Shown one piece after another: positions 8,696 to 19,517 of a DNA stretch of 64,000 nucleotides (position 1 is the first letter of the stretch; every line of letters begins with the position of its first letter). The position numbers and the translations under genes were made by a program. The stretch is from NCBI GenBank assembly GCA_963663385.2, contig CAXXXD010000003.1:1472001-1536000 (forward strand), written 5' to 3'. This stretch comes from Oceanispirochaeta sp. (lineage in GTDB: Bacteria > Spirochaetota > Spirochaetia > DSM-2461). The notes beneath the pieces were generated by a model that saw only the letters and a program-made list of their open reading frames with translations, was not told where the DNA came from and made no database searches.

Positions 8696-10018
8696 TTACT
8701 TTTTTTTATATAATTTAAGGCTGTTATTTTCAATAACATCCCAAATATTTTCATTTATCGGCTTTTCGTTTGCTCCCAGCAGCAATAATCCCCCGGGTTT
8801 CATAGATTCGAAAATATGATTCATCAGCTGAATCTGCATTTTTTCATCCATATAACTCAGTGTATCCCGACAGACAACAAAATCCAATGGAGGCAGTGCC
8901 GAATCATGTGCCAGATCGTGATATTCAAAAATAACACTATCCTTTATCACATCATTAAACTGCGTTCCCCGGGCTGAAGTAATCAGGAATGGCTGATAAA
9001 AATCAGGAACCCGTCCCTTGTCAAACAGCAATCCCGGAGCAGAAGATATATTGATAAGATCATTATCGTTACCCTGAACTTTAATAATACTATCAGGATT
9101 CTTTTTTTTCAGCATGGCAGCCAGAGAATAGGTTTCATACCCTCTTGAACAACCGGGATTCCAGGCAAATATATTTCCGGATCTACCCGGCAGCATTTCC
9201 ATCAGGGCATTTACATATTCATCGCCCCACAGCTCTCCCGAATAGGGTGAGAAAAAGCCTCTCAGATAGGCGGTGGCATCATCATTGTTTTCCAGCTGTA
9301 TTTTATCATGCCCCCTCTGCTTCTCCCAGGAATCAAAACGATCCCGGACCCAGTCTCTGTTTACTGGACTGGGATAAAATCCGGCATAAGTCGGCAGAGT
9401 TTCCTCAATAAAACCAATATTCAGGGATTTATCCGAATCCTGTGTTCTAATGGCGCTGGCATCAAACATTGAATCATCCGCCATGGAGACAGCCTGCATT
9501 ATCGGCTCTACTTTCTTTGATTCTACTGAAGTATCCGAACTGAAAATTTTCTCAGCATCCAGAATAATATACAAACTGTTATCGTTCTCGACAACACTGT
9601 CAATATATTTGATGTTTATATCGCCGAATAAAGGATGAGGAGGCTGCTTTCTGGAAGAATCGATACCAATAACCTTTTCAATGGTATCGACCAAAACACC
9701 TATTGTATGATCTTCCAGTCTCAGAATAATCATATTTTCAAAGTTTTTCTGATTGCTCTTCACAGGCAGATTAAAGAAAATCCTTAAATCGATAACGGAT
9801 ATAATATCACCACGCATATTATATACGCCTCTTACAAAGGGAGATGAGTTGGGAACAAAGGTAAATTTTTCCGCTTTATGGATCTCCTTTACCTTCATGA
9901 TATCAATACCATAATCCTTACCGGCCAGAGTAAAGGTTACCATCTTGAAGTCAACTTTCTTGATCTGCTTTTCTTCTATCTCTTGTGAATTAGTCAGGGT
10001 TTCCGGATTCATATTCAT
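8696..10018 (-). CDS. cheW: CheW with C-terminal CheR-like domain (CheW3-type)
   Basis: N-terminal CheW (GVYNMRGDII); C-terminal WNPGCSRGYETYSLA, CRD, PGGLLLLG. Confidence 0.9.
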   Translation of the reverse strand: MNMNPETLTNSQEIEEKQIKKVDFKMVTFTLAGKDYGIDIMKVKEIHKAEKFTFVPNSSPFVRGVYNMRGDIISVIDLRIFFNLPVKSNQKNFENMIILRLEDHTIGVLVDTIEKVIGIDSSRKQPPHPLFGDINIKYIDSVVENDNSLYIILDAEKIFSSDTSVESKKVEPIMQAVSMADDSMFDASAIRTQDSDKSLNIGFIEETLPTYAGFYPSPVNRDWVRDRFDSWEKQRGHDKIQLENNDDATAYLRGFFSPYSGELWGDEYVNALMEMLPGRSGNIFAWNPGCSRGYETYSLAAMLKKKNPDSIIKVQGNDNDLINISSAPGLLFDKGRVPDFYQPFLITSARGTQFNDVIKDSVIFEYHDLAHDSALPPLDFVVCRDTLSYMDEKMQIQLMNHIFESMKPGGLLLLGANEKPINENIWDVIENNSLKLYKKK

Positions 10019-10028
10019 TCGTCATTCC

Positions 10029-12413
10029 TTAATAATTTTGAGATCGTCTGAGTCTCGAAGCCTGTTCTTTCTGTATACACAGATCCAACAGCTGACTAAC
10101 ATCAAGAATCAGAGAAACCGTACCGTCTCCCAGGATGGTAGCACCGGCGATTCCCGGAGAGTTGGTATACTTATCTTTCAGGGGTTTAATTACGACGTCC
10201 TCCTCACCGATAAGGGAATCAACCATAACTCCCATCTTTTTATCCCCGCTGCCGACTATAACAACAAAATTATAATCCCCTGCTTCATCTGTCTCCAGCC
10301 GAAACAGCCTGTTGAGCCGTACCAGTGAAATAACATCTTCTCGTACATTGAAAACTTCATGGTTATCAATAATTTTAATATCCTCTGGCTTGATCCTGTG
10401 GCTTTCAATTACACTTGTAATGGGTATGGCATAAACTTCCGTTCCAACCCTCACCAGCAGTCCCTGGATTATTGCCAGAGTCAGAGGCAGTTTTATTATG
10501 AACTTCGTTCCCTTACCCAAACTGGATTGCACAGTAACTGTACCATTCAGCTTTTCAATCTCTTTCCTGACAACATCAAGGCCTACTCCACGGCCGGAAA
10601 TGTTCGTTACTTTTTTAGCTGTGGAAAAACCCGGTTCGAAAATCAGATTATACGCTTCCACATCGGAAAGATTCTTGCTGGGATGGATAATTCCCCTGTC
10701 GATAGCCTTCTTTTTAACAGAATCTATATTAATTCCAGCGCCATCGTCCGCAATCTCAATTACGATCATATTCCCTTCGTTACTGGCCTTAAGAAGGATC
10801 TGTCCCTCTTCTGATTTACCCGCGGCCAGACGATCTTCCGGATTTTCGATACCATGATCAAGGGAGTTTCGAACACAGTGCATCAAAGGATCCAGCAATT
10901 CTTCGATTACAGATTTATCAAGCTCTGTATCTTCCCCTTCAATGGTAAGACGGATCTTTTTATTGAGGGATTTGGAAAGATCCCTTACAAGCCGGGGAAA
11001 ACGGGAGAAAATCTGATTTATCGGAACCATCCTGATCCTGAGAATAGCTTCATGAAGATCCCCAGTGTTTCTGCCGAGGTTTGCTGCAGTACTTTTAAAT
11101 GTTCCTACAGTCTGTTTAAAATTGCTTTCAAAGGCATCGAAGATATTAAACAAATCATCATATTTATCGTTAATCTCTTTTTTTACTTCTTTAACGGAAG
11201 TATTCTGCTGTATATCTTCCAGATAACGGGGTAGATCATCAAAAAGATTTTTCAGTTTCTCCTTGAAGATACTCTCAGTATTCTGCAATTCGGTTTGAAT
11301 GTCCAGAAACTGGGAACTGATCTGATTGAATGTTGCCTTGTTAATAACCGCTTCACTAACAAGGTTCAGCAGGTTATCGATTCTTTTACTGTCAACACGT
11401 AATATTGAACCGCTGGGATCTTTCTGCTTACTCTTCAGGGAAGTCTGGGATCTGGAAATTTCCTTGTTTATGTTCTCATTCTCTTCCGGTTTATATTCGA
11501 CTTCCTTCTCACCCGGCTCGGCGGATGCTGCAGGAGCCGGTTTCTCCACAACCGGTTCAACGATCGTCCTGACGGGTTCCGCCGCGGGCAGGGGAGCAAC
11601 AACCTTTTCTGCTGTGGTTGAAGATTTCTTTTCACCCAGCAGAACGGCCTCAATTGAGGTTGTCACATCTGAAATAAAACTTTCATTTTCAATTTCATCC
11701 GGAGTTATATCTGTGGTTATAAAATAATGGACTTCCGGAAAATATGTATCCTCGTACAATCTGTCAAACTCAGGATCAGTTTTTAAGACCTGCCCCATAG
11801 TCTTCATCTTGGCATAAACCTGAATTCCCCCGACAGAATTCATCGGATTATCCTCATCGAATACAGCTGTTACCTGATAAACGTCTTTTCCGGCGGCAGC
11901 TTCCTTCAATTCCAGGATTTCATACTCAGTTAACCCGGGCTTCTCAACAGCAGATTCTTCAACGGCTGCTTTGTCGGGAACGGCTTTTTTCTCTGCTTCA
12001 GGAGCTGGTGCGGATTTACCGGATATTATCTCCTTCAGCTTACTCTTAAGCTCTGAAATATCGCCATCGAAAATGGAACCGTCCATACGGGTGTTCAGCA
12101 TCTCCTTGATGACATCTATTGAGGCCAGCAGGATATCCACAACATGCTCATTTATCTTGATATTGTCACTGCGGATTTCATCCAGCAGATCCTCTACAAG
12201 ATGAGTGAACTCGGCCAGTTCGGACATCTGTACAGTTGCTGCGCCGCCTTTTAAAGTATGGGCAGCTCTGAAAATCTCGTCGATGGCATCGTGGTCTTCC
12301 GGATTATCCTCTATCGCAAGGATATTCTGTTCCAGAATCTCAACCTGCGAATTCGCCTCGGCAAAAAAATCTTTTAATAACTCTTCATTGTTAGGATCAA
12401 GATAGTCACTCAT
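10029..12413 (-). CDS. cheA: Chemotaxis histidine kinase CheA
   Basis: Hpt FRAAHTLKG, P2, HCVRNSLDHGIE, SGRGVGLDVV, C-terminal CheW domain. Confidence 0.97.
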   Translation of the reverse strand: MSDYLDPNNEELLKDFFAEANSQVEILEQNILAIEDNPEDHDAIDEIFRAAHTLKGGAATVQMSELAEFTHLVEDLLDEIRSDNIKINEHVVDILLASIDVIKEMLNTRMDGSIFDGDISELKSKLKEIISGKSAPAPEAEKKAVPDKAAVEESAVEKPGLTEYEILELKEAAAGKDVYQVTAVFDEDNPMNSVGGIQVYAKMKTMGQVLKTDPEFDRLYEDTYFPEVHYFITTDITPDEIENESFISDVTTSIEAVLLGEKKSSTTAEKVVAPLPAAEPVRTIVEPVVEKPAPAASAEPGEKEVEYKPEENENINKEISRSQTSLKSKQKDPSGSILRVDSKRIDNLLNLVSEAVINKATFNQISSQFLDIQTELQNTESIFKEKLKNLFDDLPRYLEDIQQNTSVKEVKKEINDKYDDLFNIFDAFESNFKQTVGTFKSTAANLGRNTGDLHEAILRIRMVPINQIFSRFPRLVRDLSKSLNKKIRLTIEGEDTELDKSVIEELLDPLMHCVRNSLDHGIENPEDRLAAGKSEEGQILLKASNEGNMIVIEIADDGAGINIDSVKKKAIDRGIIHPSKNLSDVEAYNLIFEPGFSTAKKVTNISGRGVGLDVVRKEIEKLNGTVTVQSSLGKGTKFIIKLPLTLAIIQGLLVRVGTEVYAIPITSVIESHRIKPEDIKIIDNHEVFNVREDVISLVRLNRLFRLETDEAGDYNFVVIVGSGDKKMGVMVDSLIGEEDVVIKPLKDKYTNSPGIAGATILGDGTVSLILDVSQLLDLCIQKEQASRLRRSQNY

Positions 12414-12635
12414 ACAGGATTACTCTCTTATTCGTTTGTCAGATAAGACTTTCTATTTTTATAATAGTTTAATATCTTATAAAATACAAAAACAAAAATA
12501 ATTATACAATTTAAAAAGTTAAGATGTAAATAAAAAAACATTAAATTGATCTTCCACAGGGTAATCTTATCTGATTCTGCTAAAAGGATCATCTCAATAT
12601 TACGAAAATAGAAGTATCAACCTGGAGAGTTTTTA

Positions 12636-13487
12636 ATGAAGAAAATCAAATACTATCTGTTTCCCCTTCCTTTCCTTATCAATCCATTTGCCCTGAATGC
12701 AATGGAAAGCGGCTTTTCCACATATTACGGATCATACGGATTAAAGGAGTATACTGTTAATAGTTCAGAATATAAGCCCTTTATGCAATGGGGAGGAAAT
12801 GTCTATTACAAAGATTCCAACGAAGATAATTCTATAGACTACAGTTTGGAACTGGATTTGAATCCCTTTCTGAAAAACAGGATTAAATCGGATATCGGTT
12901 TCAACACCTCCTATTTCTCCATTTCCTTCGGGCCTGTCTTCGGCATTACCAATCAATCCTGGACATTAATTAAACCCGGGTTCTCCGGTAATGTAAAAGC
13001 TCAGATACCCGGAAGGATGTTTGCGGAACTGGGAGGAGAACTGATTCCCTACCGGTCACTTCTCCAGGAGGAAGACTACTCCGTCTACTCCGGTTTCTAT
13101 TCACTGGGATTCTATATAAAGAGAGATCATATACTTTGCTACTTTACCCAGATTCGGGATCAGTACTCGGAAATAGATGATGACAGTTATACAAACAATA
13201 AGAACACTTATCTTTTTATAACGGATTTCTTTGAAAAGAACACTTTTTTAAAGGTACAGTCAAGACTGGGATACGAGATTCAGGATCAGATATTAAGTAA
13301 TGAAGATATAATTGAGATAAAAACAATACTGTTCGGTTTGCAGCTGGATTTCTTTTTGAATGGAGGAATCGATGTTTTTGCAGGATTGGATAGCCGCCTG
13401 TTTCCTCTTTCAACCGGATCAAGAGATTTATCTGATATACCGGAATATCTGTTCACATTTACAACCGGTATTAAACTTTACCGATAA
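12636..13487 (+). CDS. Hypothetical secreted protein, possible outer-membrane beta-barrel
   Basis: Signal peptide ending LNA; aromatic/Gly-rich alternating strands; terminal FTTGIKLYR; GGAG RBS. Confidence 0.6.
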   Translation: MKKIKYYLFPLPFLINPFALNAMESGFSTYYGSYGLKEYTVNSSEYKPFMQWGGNVYYKDSNEDNSIDYSLELDLNPFLKNRIKSDIGFNTSYFSISFGPVFGITNQSWTLIKPGFSGNVKAQIPGRMFAELGGELIPYRSLLQEEDYSVYSGFYSLGFYIKRDHILCYFTQIRDQYSEIDDDSYTNNKNTYLFITDFFEKNTFLKVQSRLGYEIQDQILSNEDIIEIKTILFGLQLDFFLNGGIDVFAGLDSRLFPLSTGSRDLSDIPEYLFTFTTGIKLYR

Positions 13488-13522
13488 TAATCTTAATGCC
13501 TCTATTTTCAATAAGGAAAATG

Positions 13523-13559
13523 AAAAAAGAGACTCCAATACTTAAGGAGTCTCTTTTTT
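13523..13559. terminator. Bidirectional intrinsic terminator
   Basis: A6-GAGACTCC-9nt-GGAGTCTC-T6 between convergent genes. Confidence 0.85.
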
Positions 13560-13610
13560 ATATTAGAGCATACTACGGCTCAATTTTTCTGTTTTTAAGA
13601 GAATCGAAAT

Positions 13611-14594
13611 TTACTCAGCAGGTGCTGGGGTAACTTCTTCTTCCTCATGCATCTTCTGTGTTTCAAGATATCTGAGAACCTGAACATTACCAAGTCTTTT
13701 CAATTCAGCATTTCTTCTGGCTTCTTCTCTGTCAGAAAGGATATTCCATGTAGCTTCATGGTCAATGTCGGAGTTCAGTTCATCAAGAACAGCCTGATCA
13801 TAAACAACAGTAATATCTTTTATGTAAGAGATGAAATCTCCGCCTTCCTGCATGGCATCTCTGTAAATATAGATACCATCAAGAGTCAGGGAAGGAGCAC
13901 TTCTTGGATAAAGGGGAATGCTTTTAAGTTCCCTGTTTCTAACTTCTGAAATATAGTTAGGATTATTCCATTCCAGTTCTCTCCAACCGTCAAAATCAAG
14001 ATAGCTCAGGAAAATAGAATGTTTGTTTTCATTTTCATCTCTGAAAATAAGTCCCATACCCATGGGGAAATTCATTCCGTAAACACGTACACGAACGGAC
14101 TTCAGAACACCAACATTCTTAACAACACCATAACCACTAAACTGATCACCCCTTACCGCATTTTCATCTACACTGCTGGTAGCGTACGCAGGAATAGCAA
14201 AGGGAGGAGCGATGGTTGCATAAGCATTGAAGCTGGCTTCCGGAAAGTGTACTCTCATACCCATCAGCTGATCACCGGCAGTTGCAAAATTGTTAACATC
14301 GTTATTTACGGGAACAGCAAGAACATAAGAGAGAGAATTATTCACTACAGTCTGAGAAGAGGACGTCAACTTTACTTCCCAGTTGGGGACATAAAGAGAA
14401 GTCTGCATTGCTGCTTTTTCTTCTTCAGTATACCGGGTACCGGCAACAGTACTGAAATCCATCAGGGTGGCTTTATTCTCACCCTGGTAGTCGTCTACCA
14501 GATCAGAAAAGTTTATCATAACTGTTTCTTCAGCAAATAAAGAACCAGTCAAAACAAACAAAGCCAAAAACAAGAGAGTGAAGAACCGTTTCAT
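13611..14594 (-). CDS. flaA: Periplasmic flagellar filament sheath protein FlaA
   Basis: Signal peptide; MRVHFP, GYGVVKNVGVLKS, FDGWREL.WNNPNY, PLYP. Confidence 0.92.
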   Translation of the reverse strand: MKRFFTLLFLALFVLTGSLFAEETVMINFSDLVDDYQGENKATLMDFSTVAGTRYTEEEKAAMQTSLYVPNWEVKLTSSSQTVVNNSLSYVLAVPVNNDVNNFATAGDQLMGMRVHFPEASFNAYATIAPPFAIPAYATSSVDENAVRGDQFSGYGVVKNVGVLKSVRVRVYGMNFPMGMGLIFRDENENKHSIFLSYLDFDGWRELEWNNPNYISEVRNRELKSIPLYPRSAPSLTLDGIYIYRDAMQEGGDFISYIKDITVVYDQAVLDELNSDIDHEATWNILSDREEARRNAELKRLGNVQVLRYLETQKMHEEEEVTPAPAE

Positions 14595-14638
14595 TCATAG
14601 CTCCTTTAGGTACAATTCATATTTATTTATAAATCAAA

Positions 14639-14666
14639 ATTATACAGATGCCACTACGTTTGTCAA
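14639..14666 (-). promoter_or_regulatory. sigma70 promoter of flaA
   Basis: Consensus TTGACA-16-TATAAT; GGAG RBS before ATG. Confidence 0.8.
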
Positions 14667-14683
14667 CGAATTAAAATTTTTTT

Positions 14684-15175
14684 TTAACTATTCTCATTAT
14701 TAAAGTCCTGTTCAATTCTGTAATAAGGGTTTAATGGAAGCTGACCTTCGATAGTGATAACAACTTCATCGAGAAAGGGATAATTGAAAAACATATTTCT
14801 TTCCACATACTCCAGACGCTCCTGAAAAGGCAGGGAATACCCTTTGAAGTCCTCAAAGAAATCCTTTGAAAAGTCCAGATAGACTGTCCTATCACTTAAA
14901 ATCAGTGACTGAAGCTTTGTTCCCAGGGGGACTATATTCTCAAGCTCAAGTTCGGAAGGCCCCAGAAGCAGTTCATTTATGGTATGCTTCATTCTTTCGA
15001 CTTTACCTGTATACCTTCTGATCAACCTCTCTTCGCCATTGAATCCATTTCCATTGTCCAGAGGGAAGAACAGAACCTGATCCAGACGTCCGAATCCCAG
15101 ATTTAAAAAGACTATTCCCGCAATAAAAAATATCCCCATTAAAATTAGAGGCACATACTTAATTATTCTATGCAT
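14684..15175 (-). CDS. GerMN-domain membrane-anchored protein
   Basis: N-terminal TM; ELLLGP…IVPLGTKL…VYLDFS…V.ITIEG. Confidence 0.8.
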   Translation of the reverse strand: MHRIIKYVPLILMGIFFIAGIVFLNLGFGRLDQVLFFPLDNGNGFNGEERLIRRYTGKVERMKHTINELLLGPSELELENIVPLGTKLQSLILSDRTVYLDFSKDFFEDFKGYSLPFQERLEYVERNMFFNYPFLDEVVITIEGQLPLNPYYRIEQDFNNENS

Positions 15176-15185
15176 TTAAAAACCT

Positions 15186-16187
15186 TTATTTTTCAAAAAA
15201 ATCAACAAAATCTATAATGCCATTATAGATTCCATCTGTGATATTCTTCAAGTATTGGGGATCTCTGAGTCTTTCAGTTTCTTCCCTGTTTGATATAAAA
15301 CCCGTTTCTACCAGAATCGAAGCCATCATGGCGTTGCGCACAACAAACCAGGATTCTTCTTTGATTCCGCGGTTTAATGTATATTCACCCAGTTTTTCAT
15401 TCAAACCCAGAAGAATGGATTCCGCCAACTCTTTGCTTTCAAGGGTAAATTCCTCTTCCAGCAGGGTATTCAGGATAGGAGCAAGTTCGCCTTCCGTTTC
15501 CGAGTCCAGGATATCCCGTCTGTAATTTTCGGGCAGATACCAGACTTCAAATCCCTCGGCCTTTGAATTGAGACTGGCATTACCATGAATAGAAATATAG
15601 ATAATCCCTTCACCCTTATCCAGACTGAAATCGTTGGCTTGTTTTACCCGGTTCTCCAGAGTCGGGTATATATCAATTTTCCTGGTCATAAGTATCTCTT
15701 TATCCGGATATGTCCTCCGGAGCATCTCTTCAAGCCTCAGACCAATTTCCAATACTAGATTTTTCTCTTTAAGATTCACATTGACACCATCAACAGGAAA
15801 ACTGCTTACCGCACCGGAATCCCGACCGCCATGTCCGGGATCAATGAGAATACCTGCGATCCGGAAAGTTTTGCGGGTGTCGCCCTGTTTCTTAAGCAGA
15901 TAATTTTTAATCAGACCGGCAGCAGTCTGGGAAAAAGTCAATCCCTGAACGGAATACAGAACAGCCCCCTCGGTGAGTACCGTAGCATCATCCAGGATCA
16001 TCAGAGGGTATTCTGTAGAAAAAGTCACGCTCCTGGTTCCCCGGATAAGCATTCCCTTTTTGAGAATGGGTTCCCAGAGCAGGCGGCTCCCCGTTTCTTC
16101 CAGAAGCTGATCTATACTGACGGATTCAGTAAATACAGGGAGAGAAAGAATTAATAGAAACGTGAGACAGACTCTACTGACCTTCAT
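15186..16187 (-). CDS. N-acetylmuramoyl-L-alanine amidase (Amidase_3)
   Basis: IDPGHGG, EK, SIHGNA, LVETGF; signal peptide; ATG chosen at 16187 (ORF track starts 16196). Confidence 0.92.
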   Translation of the reverse strand: MKVSRVCLTFLLILSLPVFTESVSIDQLLEETGSRLLWEPILKKGMLIRGTRSVTFSTEYPLMILDDATVLTEGAVLYSVQGLTFSQTAAGLIKNYLLKKQGDTRKTFRIAGILIDPGHGGRDSGAVSSFPVDGVNVNLKEKNLVLEIGLRLEEMLRRTYPDKEILMTRKIDIYPTLENRVKQANDFSLDKGEGIIYISIHGNASLNSKAEGFEVWYLPENYRRDILDSETEGELAPILNTLLEEEFTLESKELAESILLGLNEKLGEYTLNRGIKEESWFVVRNAMMASILVETGFISNREETERLRDPQYLKNITDGIYNGIIDFVDFFEK

Positions 16188-17730
16188 TATGATCAAGGAA
16201 CCATAGAACTCCCTGAATTCCTCCTCTAATCATACTGTACCAGAAATGTCTGGCAAACAGTGTCCATTCACCGTCTTTCTCTACCGAAAGGTTTCTCTTC
16301 GCGGCAATTTCATCCAGGGCTGTATCCAGCCTGATACCATGCCAATCCTTAAGATTCAGCAGAGCAGAATCCGGCAGGGGAAGAGGATGAGCGGCATATT
16401 TCATATTGTAGTCCGGTTTAAATTCATTCAGACCGGAGTGTTCAAGCCAGTCCTGATTTTGAATTGTATAGGCCGAAGGCGGAAACGGAGTATCAAGTGG
16501 CTGTTCAAGAAAAGCCTGAGTGTCCGGATCATCTGATTCCAGAACTATCCGGATTTTACCGACAGCCTCTTCACTGGCTCTTAGGGCATCCTCTCTGGAA
16601 TCTGCGACAGCAATAACATTGCCGCATTTACTGACATTGTTTACGGGAAACTGAACCCGGTCCCCCTCCTCCACAAGAAGAAAAAGGTCTCTGACTCCTT
16701 CTGTATCATGTGCTTCTTCAAGGTTTTCCATACTTTTTATTCTTCCGGGAATTGAGAGGAAAGCTCTCTCCGATGACGTTCTGCTGCTGTATTCGGAAAG
16801 GTCTTCCGGATCCCTGCCCATTGCTATCAGCATTCCCTTTTCGACAAGGGGAACATTTGAAGCATAGGGATAGGTCCAGCCGGACATGTATCCCCCGGAA
16901 AGGCGTGCTGCGATTTCACCAATCATGACTCCCTTTGAAGTCAGTTTAATGTCTCCCTTGGCCGCCCCGTTTTCAATGCCCAGTGCTTTAACGGCCTCTT
17001 TAAAAACACGAACGATCTCGTTTTTCTGATCTTCCCCGAGATTAGTGGGTAGGGTATGCCCCATCTCGATAAAGCAGGGGGGAAAACAGATATGACGGTC
17101 CGCAAAACCGGTAATGACATGATTCCCCTTATAAACAAGGCTGTCCAGACTGAATTCAGGCCCATCCATATACTCTTCAATTATGGCCCGGCCAGTATGT
17201 GAAAAACGGATGGCTTCCTTTACAGCTTCAGGAAGGTCTTCCTTTTCTGAAACTGTAACAACACCCCGGCCGCCCATATTATCCACCGGTTTTACAACCA
17301 GAGGAAAACTCAGGGACGTTGATTCCTCAAGGGGATCCATCCCCTCGGATATTTCCCTGTAAAGGGGACTGGGGATGCCATTCTCATAAAATACTGTCCG
17401 CATCCGGATTTTATCGGTGCAGTCAAGTGCAGTTTTATAGGGGATACCGGGCAAACCCGTCTGTTCAGCAATCCAGGCGACGGAAGCGGAAAAATCCGTT
17501 CCGCAGGTAAAAACACCATCCAATCCGATTCTTTCCTTAAACTCCCCTGCTTTCTCAGCCAGCTGAATCCGGTCTTTCAGATCAATTGGCAGAAAATAAT
17601 CCGCCAGAGGAGCACAGGGGGCGTTTGGATTACCATCAGCCCCGATTGTAGTCCATCCGTTCTTTTTAGCAATCCTGTAGGCCGGGAGCTGCATCATCCC
17701 CGCCCCTAATATCATTATGACTGGTTTCAT
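16174..17730 (-). CDS. ATP-grasp ligase (L-amino-acid ligase-like) with C-terminal extension
   Basis: ILGAG, DKIRMR, VVKPVDNMGGRGV, EEYMDGPEFS, GEIAARLSG. Confidence 0.85.
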   Translation of the reverse strand: MKPVIMILGAGMMQLPAYRIAKKNGWTTIGADGNPNAPCAPLADYFLPIDLKDRIQLAEKAGEFKERIGLDGVFTCGTDFSASVAWIAEQTGLPGIPYKTALDCTDKIRMRTVFYENGIPSPLYREISEGMDPLEESTSLSFPLVVKPVDNMGGRGVVTVSEKEDLPEAVKEAIRFSHTGRAIIEEYMDGPEFSLDSLVYKGNHVITGFADRHICFPPCFIEMGHTLPTNLGEDQKNEIVRVFKEAVKALGIENGAAKGDIKLTSKGVMIGEIAARLSGGYMSGWTYPYASNVPLVEKGMLIAMGRDPEDLSEYSSRTSSERAFLSIPGRIKSMENLEEAHDTEGVRDLFLLVEEGDRVQFPVNNVSKCGNVIAVADSREDALRASEEAVGKIRIVLESDDPDTQAFLEQPLDTPFPPSAYTIQNQDWLEHSGLNEFKPDYNMKYAAHPLPLPDSALLNLKDWHGIRLDTALDEIAAKRNLSVEKDGEWTLFARHFWYSMIRGGIQGVLWFLDHNEGQ

Positions 17731-19517
17731 TGTTTTTCCTTCTTCATTGCATAGATTTCAAATGTATCGCCCCATCCGAATATTTGACAAGCCCGTAGAA
17801 GAACTGTTTTATCAAGAAACGATCGAAACGGCAGTTTCCAGGGAATCCTTTCCGGATGATATCCGGTCTGAACAATACGGATTTTTTCAAAACCGTACTT
17901 TTTCAGGACTTTCCTGACAGACCGGGCATCCCAGACAGTGTAGTGATCGTCCGGACTATTCTCATAAAACCGTTTTCTGTTCATAACAGCAGAAACGCCC
18001 CTTCCGTTCGGGGTTGAAAAAGCCAGGATCCCCTTTTGATTCAGAAGACCGTCGATCTTATCCAGTACCTGACGGAGATTTTTGAAGTGTTCAATTACAT
18101 ACCATAGAGTAATTATATCAAAGGACTGCATCTGAAACTCTCCAGCCGAATCAAAATCTTCAAATGAGCTGACACAGGCATGAACCTTCGGGAATTGATC
18201 CTTTATATATGCTATCCCCCCCGGAATGACATCAATGCCGAAACTGTCATATCCCCAGTCTGCTGAAGCGGACAGGAAAGGTCCGTATGCACACCCGATA
18301 TCCAGAAGGGATTTATGAAATGATGCCATCTTCCCGATGTGATTCAGTCGATTTATCCCCATTTTCTTAATATGCCCGAAATCCTGGATATATGTTTTCC
18401 CGTACTGTTTCAGGTAATCTTCAAAGAAGTATTCACTGTTGTAGATTTCACCTGCTTCCACCTCTCGGAAGTTGATCATATAGACCATCCTGCAGCGGGT
18501 TGAACCACAGCGGAAGTAGGTTTTGGAGGAGTTCCTGTACAGCACCGGGTTATGGGTACTTCCGCAAACGGGGCAGCGATTCACCGAGGGAGTGAGATTT
18601 TCCACCCACTGGCTGAACTCTTCAGGATGAGTCCTGTACCGATCCTGTAATATACCGTTTTTTTTCAGAAAATCCTCTGATTGAACCATCTTCAGGTACT
18701 TCCGGAGAATGGTTTTTCCGGAATGTCTCCAGGCTCTCTTCAAAAAAGGGAATCCCGCCTTTTGAGCCAGCTTGTCATGGTAGCCAGCTGGATTTAAAAG
18801 GATAACCGGCTTTCCGGCAGCTACCGCTTCAAAAGCGGTTATCCCGTAACTGCATAGAACAATATCACAATCCCTGATGTGCTGCTTCAAGGAGTCGGGC
18901 TTTTTTATAATGGAAACATTCTCTCCGGTATGGCTGATATTTTTATGAAAAGCAGGTCCCTGAACAATCTGCCATGTCTGTCCGGACGCTCCTGATCTGA
19001 CGGCATCCGCCAATCCGGAACTAAGATCAGCCGGATCTTCCCCCCCGAATGAAACAAGAACCTTTTTCAGGTCCGGCAGTCTTTTTCCAGCCGAAGAATG
19101 TTCCTCCCTGCTTTCGAGATTCAGAAGATTCAGTCCCTCACAGTTTGCGTTCTGTTTATAGATTCCCGGAAGGATATCAAGCAGGTAGGGAGCGGTATCC
19201 CTCAGTCGCCCTCCCTCGTCTACAGCTACAAGGGGTATGTTTCCCAGATCGGAGTGAAGAGAATCCTTCTCTGTGGAGCGGTTATCCAGAATAAGCAGAT
19301 CCCAGTCTTCCCCTGGATTGTTTCTGAACATTTTTTTTTCCGAACACCCTCCGGTCAGTTCCTCGATCTGAGTATCCGGAATGATTTCCGGACCTGAGGG
19401 AATGTAGAAATTCTGTACCGGAAGACTGGATGCCCATAGAGAGCAGCGCTTGATATGACCGGTGCCGTTCCCTCTCCTTGCTGAAGGAATAAAGAGTATT
19501 TTATCTTTTCTGATCAT
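17727..19517 (-). CDS. Fusion of a PseG/SpsG-like GT-B domain with a Zn-binding class I SAM methyltransferase
   Basis: GNGTGHIKRC, VSFGGED, GITAFEA; CPVC…C…C; LLDIGCAYG, VIEH, STPN. Confidence 0.8.
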   Translation of the reverse strand: MIRKDKILFIPSARRGNGTGHIKRCSLWASSLPVQNFYIPSGPEIIPDTQIEELTGGCSEKKMFRNNPGEDWDLLILDNRSTEKDSLHSDLGNIPLVAVDEGGRLRDTAPYLLDILPGIYKQNANCEGLNLLNLESREEHSSAGKRLPDLKKVLVSFGGEDPADLSSGLADAVRSGASGQTWQIVQGPAFHKNISHTGENVSIIKKPDSLKQHIRDCDIVLCSYGITAFEAVAAGKPVILLNPAGYHDKLAQKAGFPFLKRAWRHSGKTILRKYLKMVQSEDFLKKNGILQDRYRTHPEEFSQWVENLTPSVNRCPVCGSTHNPVLYRNSSKTYFRCGSTRCRMVYMINFREVEAGEIYNSEYFFEDYLKQYGKTYIQDFGHIKKMGINRLNHIGKMASFHKSLLDIGCAYGPFLSASADWGYDSFGIDVIPGGIAYIKDQFPKVHACVSSFEDFDSAGEFQMQSFDIITLWYVIEHFKNLRQVLDKIDGLLNQKGILAFSTPNGRGVSAVMNRKRFYENSPDDHYTVWDARSVRKVLKKYGFEKIRIVQTGYHPERIPWKLPFRSFLDKTVLLRACQIFGWGDTFEIYAMKKEKQ

